A DNA stretch of 64,000 bases from Candidatus Kerfeldbacteria bacterium RIFCSPLOWO2_02_FULL_42_19 (lineage in GTDB: Bacteria; Patescibacteriota; Patescibacteriia; HO2-48-17), in the NCBI GenBank assembly GCA_001818315.1, contig MHKF01000012.1, forward strand, positions 128,080-192,079, read 5' to 3'. A program made the translations under genes and the position numbers. The notes under the pieces were generated by a model, which worked only from the letters and a program-made list of their open reading frames with translations, did not search any database and was not told the DNA's origin. Below are positions 56,731 through 64,000 of the stretch, piece after piece (positions within the stretch are counted from its first letter, which is position 1; each line of letters opens with the position of its first letter).

Positions 56731-57842
56731 AATTTCTCATCATTGATACATATTATCCCTCTTTTCTTAAAAGTTTCCGTCATAAGTATCCAGAATCATT
56801 GGGGATGTCTTATCAGGAACAACGGCAATTTTTACTTGATCAAAAATTCGGTACTTCGGATTTCTATTCTGGAAATTTCAAAAAGCTTGGGCATCAAGCT
56901 GAAGATATTATCGTGAATGATCTTTATCTTCAGTTTCGGTGGGCTCAAGAAAGAAATTTTTTTGTTTCTGAATCACGTTTTAAGGCTCGCATGCGGGTTT
57001 TACTTCGGGCTTATCATCTTCTTGGTCCACCGCGATGGATTCAAGAGATTGCTTTAGCTCAGATTCAAGAATATAAACCAGACATTATCTATATCCATAA
57101 TTTGACTATTTTTAGCCCTGATTATTTTCAAAAAATAAAAAAACAATGCCAATTCGTAGTTGGTCAAATTGCTTGTCCTCTACCGCCAAAAATATATTGG
57201 GAAAACTACGATCTGATTGTCACTTCATTTCCTCACTTTGTGCAAAGATTTCGCCAGCAAGGCATCAAGAGTGAATATTTAAAAATAGCTTTCGAACCTC
57301 ACATTCTTGACCTCGTTAGCAAACAGCCACGTATTTATAACGTTTCTTTTATTGGTAGTTATTCCTATCATCATAAGGGCGGGACGCAGATTCTGGAAGA
57401 TGTTGCACGGAAAGTGAAAGTTGATTTTTGGGGCCTGAAACAATTTTTCATGTCGCCATTCTCACCGATTGGTCGACGGTATCATGGAAGTGCATGGGGT
57501 CTCGATATGTATACTTTACTTGCTCAGAGCAGAATTGTTATTAACCGTCACATTGGCGCGGCTCAGAACTATGCTAATAACATGCGACTGTACGAATCAA
57601 CCGGAATGGGCGCTCTTTTAATTACTGACATGAAAGACAATTTGAATCATTTATTTCACATCGGCAAAGAGATTATTGCTTATTCGGATGTTGAGGATTT
57701 AGTTGATAAGATTCGTTACTATCTTGAACATGAGAAAGAACGCGCCGAGATTGCTCAGGCTGGACAACAGCGAACTCTTCAGGAGCATACGTATGAAAAC
57801 AGGATGAAGGAACTTTTAACTATTTTAGCAAAATATTTATGA
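56727..57842 (+). CDS. CgeB-like glycosyltransferase, copy 2
   Basis: Same motifs as copy 1; tandem paralogue. Confidence 0.82.
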   Translation: MKFLIIDTYYPSFLKSFRHKYPESLGMSYQEQRQFLLDQKFGTSDFYSGNFKKLGHQAEDIIVNDLYLQFRWAQERNFFVSESRFKARMRVLLRAYHLLGPPRWIQEIALAQIQEYKPDIIYIHNLTIFSPDYFQKIKKQCQFVVGQIACPLPPKIYWENYDLIVTSFPHFVQRFRQQGIKSEYLKIAFEPHILDLVSKQPRIYNVSFIGSYSYHHKGGTQILEDVARKVKVDFWGLKQFFMSPFSPIGRRYHGSAWGLDMYTLLAQSRIVINRHIGAAQNYANNMRLYESTGMGALLITDMKDNLNHLFHIGKEIIAYSDVEDLVDKIRYYLEHEKERAEIAQAGQQRTLQEHTYENRMKELLTILAKYL

Positions 57843-58507
57843 ACAAAGACAACCGTAATTATGTTTTTACTTCCGATTCCCTTTCAGAGAGAGATGAATA
57901 CCAGAGGATGGCTAGTTGGATTCCTGGTGGCAGTAGAGTGATTGATTTGGGGAGCGGCGATGGCTCACTTTTAGCGTTATTGCAGAAACGAGGCATTCAG
58001 GGTGAAGGAATTGAAATTGCTGAAAGCGGCGTCGAGATCACAAAAAAGAGGGGTATCAAAGCGCAAATTGGACGAATTGATGTGCCGTTGCCATATAAAG
58101 ATAAAGAATTTGATTATGCTCTTTGTAACGTGACCATACAGATGGTGATGTACCCGGAAGTATTACTGCAAGAAATGAAACGTATTGCAAAGTACCAAAT
58201 CCTTTCCTTTCCTAATTTCGCTTTTCTTCCCAATCGTCTTGACCTACTCATTCGTGGGCGAATGCCTCATTTCATGATTCCTAGTTATAAATGGTATTCC
58301 ACTGGGCATATTCATCAACTCTCTATCAATGATTTTTCCGATCTTTGTAAAGAATTAAATCTCAAAATTCTCGATTCCAAGCATATCCGTCCAGACGTAC
58401 TCAGGCTCCATATCTTCCAAGTCCCACATTTTATCTTAAGACGCTTTCCTAATGTATTCGTTAGTACCGCAATTTTTCTAACAAAAGAAAAGGAAATAGC
58501 GAAATAA
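57839..58507 (+). CDS. MetW-like SAM-dependent methyltransferase
   Basis: DLGSGDGSLL, SFPNF, GRMP and WY.T.HIH motifs. Confidence 0.82.
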   Translation: MNKDNRNYVFTSDSLSERDEYQRMASWIPGGSRVIDLGSGDGSLLALLQKRGIQGEGIEIAESGVEITKKRGIKAQIGRIDVPLPYKDKEFDYALCNVTIQMVMYPEVLLQEMKRIAKYQILSFPNFAFLPNRLDLLIRGRMPHFMIPSYKWYSTGHIHQLSINDFSDLCKELNLKILDSKHIRPDVLRLHIFQVPHFILRRFPNVFVSTAIFLTKEKEIAK

Positions 58508-58590
58508 ATACAATATGTATATCCAAGAAAGATTCATTGTATGAAATCAGCGTATATGTTATATTCTTGCTGAGAATTGTAAAATATAAG

Positions 58591-58950
58591 ATGGCTTACA
58601 TTCTGTTAGTGCTTGCAATAGGAATGAACGTTACCGCACAACTTCTTCTCAAATATGTTGCGAAACAGATGCAATTTTTTGATGTTGCAGTGAATAAAGT
58701 TGTTCTGATAAAAACACTTCTTTTGCAACCGGCTTTTTGGATTGCATTAGTTTCGTATGGCATCAGCTTCGGGCTTTATTTAGTCGTGTTGTCAAAATTA
58801 GAATTGAGTAAAGCCTATCCGATCAGTAGTACTGCTGGCATTGTGCTTATTGTTGTTATATCCATTTTTACCTTTCATGAACCTTTGACGTTTCCCAAAA
58901 TTCTAGGCGTAGGATTAGGTTTGCTCGGTATTTTGTTATTATTTAAATAA
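58591..58950 (+). CDS. Small DMT/SMR transporter (ArnE/ArnF flippase-like)
   Basis: AQLLLK, LS.AYP and F.E motifs; four TM helices; start moved to ATG 58591. Confidence 0.78.
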   Translation: MAYILLVLAIGMNVTAQLLLKYVAKQMQFFDVAVNKVVLIKTLLLQPAFWIALVSYGISFGLYLVVLSKLELSKAYPISSTAGIVLIVVISIFTFHEPLTFPKILGVGLGLLGILLLFK

Positions 58951-58952
58951 GC

Positions 58953-60356
58953 ATGCACTATCAGGCTATTGTTGAATTTATGAACCAACAAGCTGCTCGT
59001 CGTACGAAGTGGCGCGAGCGCAATTGGTATTATTACGAAGATCTCGTCAGTTTTTTACAATATAATGTCCCCCAAAATAGCCGAGTATTAGAAATTGGCT
59101 GTGGTGATGGCTATCTTTTACATCAGCTTCAACCCATGTATGGGGTTGGTATTGATATTGCCCCGGCCATGATTGAACAAGCTCAACAAAAATACCCTGA
59201 CTTGCATTTTTTTGTTATGGATGTTGAGCAACTGAAACTCCAAGAAACTTTCGATTATATTATTCTCTCTGATACTATTGGTTATTTTTATGATGTACAG
59301 AAGGTGTTAAATAATTTACGCAGCGTTTCTCATAGCGGGACAAGAGTGCTTATTACGTATCAAAATTTTTTGTGGTCACCGTTACTTCAACTCGTGGAAC
59401 TGCTCCATCTCAAAATGCCCTCTAAGAAATTGAATTGGCTCAATGTAGGCGATTTAGTGAATTTACTTAACTTAGAAAATTTTGAGGTTGTAAAAAGTGG
59501 TCATCGCTTACTTCTTCCATGGTATATTCCTTTCCTTTCAAAATTCATGAACAAATATTTGGCACACCTACCCTTATTGAATCAGTTGTGTTTGACGAGT
59601 TTTGTTATTGCCCGTCCTTGCATTCCAACGCAAGAATATAGTGTGAGTGTGATCATTCCAGCGCGCAATGAACGCGGTAATATTGAACAAGCTGTTCAAC
59701 GTATTCCTCACTTAGGGAAACACACAGAAATTATTTTTGTTGAAGGTCATTCCAATGATAATACTTTAACCGAAATTCAACGAGTGTGTCAGAACTATGC
59801 TGACAAACTTGACATCAAATATGCTGTACAAGACGGCAAGGGCAAAGGTGACGCGGTACGTAAAGGCTTTGCTATGGCTCACGGTGATATCTTGATGATT
59901 CTCGATGCTGATTTAACTGTTCGTCCAGAAGATTTGCCGAAATTTTATCAAGCTATCGCTTCGGGGAAAGGTGAATTTATCAATGGTTGTCGTTTAGTAT
60001 ACCCTATGGAAAAAGAGGCTATGCGTATTTTGAATATGATCGCAAATCGTTTTTTCTCTGTAACTTTTTCATGGTTATTGGGTCAGCGCATTAAAGATAC
60101 TCTCTGTGGCACGAAAGTCATTTGTAAAAAAGCCTATGAGCAATTAGCAAGTAATCGAGCATTTTTTGGTGATTTCGATCCATTTGGTGATTTTGATTTG
60201 TTATTCGGTGCAGCGAAGTTAAATTTAAAAATCGTAGAGTTACCCATACGTTACCAGGCACGAGTATACGGTTCAACGAATATTTCACGTTTCCGACACG
60301 GGTTTATTCTTTTGAAAATGGTCTTGTTTGCGATGAATAAAATTAAATTTATTTAA
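58953..60356 (+). CDS. Bifunctional methyltransferase / GT2 glycosyltransferase
   Basis: LEIGCGDG at the N-terminus; SVIIPARNE, GKG.AV, DAD and DTLCG motifs. Confidence 0.88.
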   Translation: MHYQAIVEFMNQQAARRTKWRERNWYYYEDLVSFLQYNVPQNSRVLEIGCGDGYLLHQLQPMYGVGIDIAPAMIEQAQQKYPDLHFFVMDVEQLKLQETFDYIILSDTIGYFYDVQKVLNNLRSVSHSGTRVLITYQNFLWSPLLQLVELLHLKMPSKKLNWLNVGDLVNLLNLENFEVVKSGHRLLLPWYIPFLSKFMNKYLAHLPLLNQLCLTSFVIARPCIPTQEYSVSVIIPARNERGNIEQAVQRIPHLGKHTEIIFVEGHSNDNTLTEIQRVCQNYADKLDIKYAVQDGKGKGDAVRKGFAMAHGDILMILDADLTVRPEDLPKFYQAIASGKGEFINGCRLVYPMEKEAMRILNMIANRFFSVTFSWLLGQRIKDTLCGTKVICKKAYEQLASNRAFFGDFDPFGDFDLLFGAAKLNLKIVELPIRYQARVYGSTNISRFRHGFILLKMVLFAMNKIKFI

Positions 60357-60445
60357 AAACTCATGCACTGGAAACAGTATGTTTTATTTGCACTTCTTAT
60401 AAGCTTCAACGCGTGTCGGCCTTCGATAATTCAAGAAATGAGTGT

Positions 60446-62353
60446 ATGCAAGAAATAATATTCGTTACGATCATTCTTTTTGTCTGGGGTATTTTAAGTC
60501 TCGGTATCGGGCACTCCATCTTACGTAAATTATCTTGGCAAGCGAATGACGCTGTTTCTATCAGCATCGCTTATTTATTGGGTTTTGCTGTGTTGGCATA
60601 TAGTTTGGTGCTGTTAGGTTTAATCAAACTCTTTACGCTTCCGGCAGTCAGTATCGTAGGAGTTATCTATGTCGTACTTTTTGGACGAGGCGGTTTGCGC
60701 CAATTTTGGCAGTTCGTCATCAGCAGTGTGCATTTGAGTAAAAATATCTGGCGTACGCATCGTTGGTTGATAGTGCCGTTATTAGCTGTGGCAGTGTTTG
60801 TTCTCGTGAATTATCTTGCAAGTTTTGCTCCACCCACAGCACGCGATGAAATTTCTTATCATCTCCCAGAGGCGCGTGCACTCGTCTCAAGTCAGTCATT
60901 AGATTTTCTTACTAATGCTAAAAATTTTTATACGAATCTTCCACTCCTCTTAGAGGTCGTGTATGCCTGGGGTATTTTGGTGTCAGGCTATTCGTTGGCG
61001 CACGTCATGCACTACAGTATTTGGTTAGCTTTTTGCTTGTTTATATTTGGTTGGTTATACGAATATTTTGGTCGAACAACCGCGACGTGGTCGATAGTCG
61101 GTTTGTTTTTACTCACGCAAGTTGTGACTACGGCCACGAGCGGTTTAGTAGATACTGCCTATATGGTGCTCGAAATTATGAGCGTCTGTTTATTCATAAC
61201 TTGGTTTCATAGCAAACAAAATACAACTCTTGCCTTGGCTGGTATTATGATCGGCTTCGCTTTATCTATCAAATATTCTCCTCTCTTTACCGCTAGTTTA
61301 CTCGCTGTATTCATTGCAGGTGTCAGCTTTCCCCGACGTCAGTGGAGACCATTCATTTGGTTTGTATTACCTGTTGTCTTGGTTGGAGGATTTTGGTACA
61401 TCAAAAATTTCATTGTTTATTTCAATCCTACCTATCCGCTCCTCTTCGGACATGCCGACTATGGTGAAGCGGAATATCTTTCATTGATCGCAGCGATCCA
61501 AGATTTTGTTGTACCGCGAACGTTGTGGAATTATGTACAGATTCCGGTAACTTTTTATTTAGCTTGGACCAAGAGTGATTATCCACTCCTGTCGTTATCC
61601 TATCAACCCCAAAGCCTGATTGTATTGTTCAGTCTTGCCAGTTTGCCTTGGCTAATTGCACTCAAACGAGCCAGATTGGTCGTTCTGATACTGTTTTCTT
61701 ATATGATTGTCTATAGTTTGTATTGGTTCTTTATTGCGACTCATCAAGTACGTTTTTTGGATACAATTACTATTGTGCTGCTGTTGTTAGCAGTTATTGC
61801 TATTACCCGCTTGCCACGATATTGGAAATATGTGCCGGTCGCCATTTTATTCATTGCCATCATCGGTATTGGCTTACGTTACGATATTCGGAGTTATTTG
61901 CTCCATGTGATAGACGCCGCTATCGCTCAGCGCTGGATGCGTAAAAATGAAATTTATTACTTGATTGATCACATGAGTAAAAAGGATTATTTGGAATCGC
62001 ACTTTGGTTGCGGGGTATTAGCTCTTGACTACCTGGATACTACAAATCCAAACGTCAAGGTGTTAGATAATTGGACCGCATGGCATGATCACCAATTTAA
62101 GTTTTACGATCAGCACAGTCGTTTCATCAGTTTTCCGCCTGATTTGCCAGTTACAGATGTCAACAGCTTTATTCAAAGTAATGGTATTGGCTATATTTAT
62201 TTTGATACGAGAGCTAAAAATGATTTTGCGAATAGTACCGATCCATTTTTCAGGGAACACTATCGCGCCCGGTCAAACCAAGAACAACAATTGCTCGACG
62301 GCGCTACTTTGGTATTTGAATCAACTACCTGTCAACTCCATCGTTTACGATAA
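60446..62353 (+). CDS. Polytopic GT-C-like membrane glycosyltransferase
   Basis: PP...DE..YHL, P...E, G.A...KY, WY.KN.....NP.YP and RF motifs. Confidence 0.75.
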   Translation: MQEIIFVTIILFVWGILSLGIGHSILRKLSWQANDAVSISIAYLLGFAVLAYSLVLLGLIKLFTLPAVSIVGVIYVVLFGRGGLRQFWQFVISSVHLSKNIWRTHRWLIVPLLAVAVFVLVNYLASFAPPTARDEISYHLPEARALVSSQSLDFLTNAKNFYTNLPLLLEVVYAWGILVSGYSLAHVMHYSIWLAFCLFIFGWLYEYFGRTTATWSIVGLFLLTQVVTTATSGLVDTAYMVLEIMSVCLFITWFHSKQNTTLALAGIMIGFALSIKYSPLFTASLLAVFIAGVSFPRRQWRPFIWFVLPVVLVGGFWYIKNFIVYFNPTYPLLFGHADYGEAEYLSLIAAIQDFVVPRTLWNYVQIPVTFYLAWTKSDYPLLSLSYQPQSLIVLFSLASLPWLIALKRARLVVLILFSYMIVYSLYWFFIATHQVRFLDTITIVLLLLAVIAITRLPRYWKYVPVAILFIAIIGIGLRYDIRSYLLHVIDAAIAQRWMRKNEIYYLIDHMSKKDYLESHFGCGVLALDYLDTTNPNVKVLDNWTAWHDHQFKFYDQHSRFISFPPDLPVTDVNSFIQSNGIGYIYFDTRAKNDFANSTDPFFREHYRARSNQEQQLLDGATLVFESTTCQLHRLR

Positions 62354-62395
62354 TGGAGCTGCCGTTGAATCCCGTTTCTTGTACAATGTGCAAAG

Positions 62396-62477
62396 CAAAA
62401 GAGGAGGAAGGCGAGAGCTTCCGAAGCACTGACAGTGCACAGTGTGCTTCGGAAGCTCTCGCCTTCCTCCTCTTTTG
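62396..62477. repeat. Fold-back element, family I, copy 4
   Basis: Perfect 34-bp arms around the loop TGACAGTGCACAGT. Confidence 0.9.
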
Positions 62478-62665
62478 TCTATAATCACAATGTATTTTTC
62501 ACAGGCGGAAGCGTATTCAGCTGCAGTCCTTTAATAATCCGAAGCTTTGAGTTTACCTATCACAAATAAAAGCGCATCGAATCGGATCGGTGCATATACC
62601 CATAACTGTCCACAATCCTGCATATAGGCTAAAACTTGATTTTTCCCTGCGCTCTTGGCGCAGGG

Positions 62666-63037
62666 TCATTCATTGACAATGACACTCATGAGGAGTACGA
62701 CTGCTGCAGTGATTTTTGATTGAGTCAAAGCTCTACGAAGCCAGTACCACAAGGTTTGCCAAAGGCGACGACATTCACGGGTAATTGTCTTTATAAAGGC
62801 AATCCACAGTAGTCCAAAGATGCTATAGACAACTGTCGCTTTAAACTGTCCTATCAATCCCAGTAATAATCCAATATTTCCTAAGATACCCAGACCAATA
62901 AGATACGCTACACTCACAATGACTGCGTAGTGGTGCTCAAAGCGCAACCGACGCAATAACGACATTCCCATGCCGATAGCGAGGCTACTGAAAAAGAATG
63001 CTAGTAAAGTATTAGAAACGATGGAAATGATACTCAT
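62666..63037 (-). pseudogene. Truncated N-terminal fragment paralogous to the 60446-62353 GT-C gene
   Basis: Aligns to its first ~125 aa (G.G.S.LR.L...AV..S.AYL.G...L....LLLGLI..F) and stops before the conserved first loop. Confidence 0.65.
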
Positions 63038-63654
63038 TTCAACGCGAACACGAAGTTATTTAAACCAAGTTGCCAGGTACTCGTTTTTATTTTTTCTTGT
63101 TTGAATCCAGCTTGGGCAAGTAGATCGCGCAGGTCTTGATCGGACATATAACATTTGTGATCAGAAATTTCTGTAGCATCCGTGACATGCAAACGAAAAG
63201 CTAAAAGTTCTAGTAATGGCTTATTCGCTGGTGTTGGTGTTGTGAGTAATAGTCTCCCATTCGGTTTTAAGATGCGATACACTTCACGCAAATGTTGCTG
63301 ACGATCCGATAAATGTTCAAGCACAGCTAATGAAGTTACTACATCCATAGCGTTATCTGGCAGCGGGATATGTTGATTCACATTAGCTGGTTGTAATGTT
63401 ACTCGATCATTCGATAGTTGCGTATCAACTGCAATATCAAAACCATAGGCTTTTGTAAATCGATCTTGGTACGTAAATAAAAATCGTCCGCGATATCCGC
63501 AGCCCATATCACATACTATGCTCCTCTCTGGGATAGAACGAATAACATGTTGCATTCGAAGATGAGCCAGAAAATCTTCGAGCCAATAACGTTTTGTCTG
63601 ACCATGTGATGTAGTGCGGTGATCATGGTTATGATGGTGATGTGTCTCGCTCAT
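63034..63654 (-). CDS. Class I SAM-dependent methyltransferase
   Basis: DMGCG, AVLEH and E..RILKP.G...LTTP motifs. Confidence 0.88.
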   Translation of the reverse strand: MSETHHHHNHDHRTTSHGQTKRYWLEDFLAHLRMQHVIRSIPERSIVCDMGCGYRGRFLFTYQDRFTKAYGFDIAVDTQLSNDRVTLQPANVNQHIPLPDNAMDVVTSLAVLEHLSDRQQHLREVYRILKPNGRLLLTTPTPANKPLLELLAFRLHVTDATEISDHKCYMSDQDLRDLLAQAGFKQEKIKTSTWQLGLNNFVFALK

Positions 63655-63663
63655 AGAATATTA

Positions 63664-64000
63664 TTATTTATGAATTTTTGCCATATTTTTTTGTACTGCT
63701 GCTTCCAATTCACTAAAACGTCGGTTGATGGTACTGATAACAAAACCAGTTAATGCCACGAACACACTGACTAATACTAACCCAACCGCTAGTACTGCAG
63801 TTGGTAAACGCAACACTAAACCAGTACGGAAAAATTCAGAAATCACTATACTCCCAGTAATGACACCGGGTATAAAAAATAATAAAGCCAATAAAATAAA
63901 GAACTTTATCGGACGATAATCCCGCAAAATTTGAAAAATGGTCAGTAAAATTTTTGTACCATCCCGGAAGGTATGAAGTTTCGAAACGCTTCCGGCTGGT
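63664..64000 (-). CDS. GT2 (DPM1-like) glycosyltransferase, C-terminal part cut by the window edge
   Basis: Frame reads PAGSVSKLHTFRDG...RDYRP.KFF followed by two TM helices. Confidence 0.8.
   Translation of the reverse strand, partial: PAGSVSKLHTFRDGTKILLTIFQILRDYRPIKFFILLALLFFIPGVITGSIVISEFFRTGLVLRLPTAVLAVGLVLVSVFVALTGFVISTINRRFSELEAAVQKNMAKIHK

Noticed and set aside
60363-60458. 31-codon ORF MHWKQYVLFALLISFNAC... as a small lipoprotein
   Set aside because: Poor lipobox and overlap with the next gene; more likely a remnant, and too weak to call.
13826-62477. CRISPR array interpretation of the recurring GAAGCAC...GTGCT motif
   Set aside because: Copies are kilobases apart, there is no repeat-spacer periodicity, and no cas genes are present.
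1-64000. Alternative genetic code (TGA recoded, as in Gracilibacteria and Absconditabacteria)
   Set aside because: Conserved genes are full length in code 11 and several end at TGA.

Overview
Bacterial chromosomal window in standard genetic code. Gene content and style suggest a reduced-genome Patescibacteria/CPR organism (inference, no database search). In order: a thiol-redox and sugar block (glutaredoxin, TrxB-like, CcdA, PGI/PMI, ROK kinase, AhpC, SOD); a 947-aa orphan membrane protein; dnaG-rpoD; TrmB and PadR regulators with a Zn/Mn ABC pair; tRNA-Asn followed by a glycogen cluster (2 GlgA, 2 GH57, GalT-like); a regulatory island at 25.3-30.8 kb; secreted proteins; dcd plus a multi-domain thymidylate synthase; trxB; tandem GT-C genes; a deleted pckA; and an AT-richer wzm/wzt surface-polysaccharide locus. 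Two signals stand out. (1) The 25.3-30.8 kb island encodes a second sigma70 carrying alphaCTD-like domains at both ends and a DnaA domain-IV-like HTH, a stand-alone Cys-rich/FtsK-gamma protein, an orphan ParB and two paralogues of an unknown family. Their predicted promoters have atypical -10 boxes that fit a substitution in the sigma. (2) At least seven intergenic fold-back elements of three types occur, in which (for the two multi-copy types) the centre is conserved and the long inverted arms change from copy to copy, the reverse of normal MITE architecture. All domain calls were made by eye from motifs; no searches or folding programs were run.
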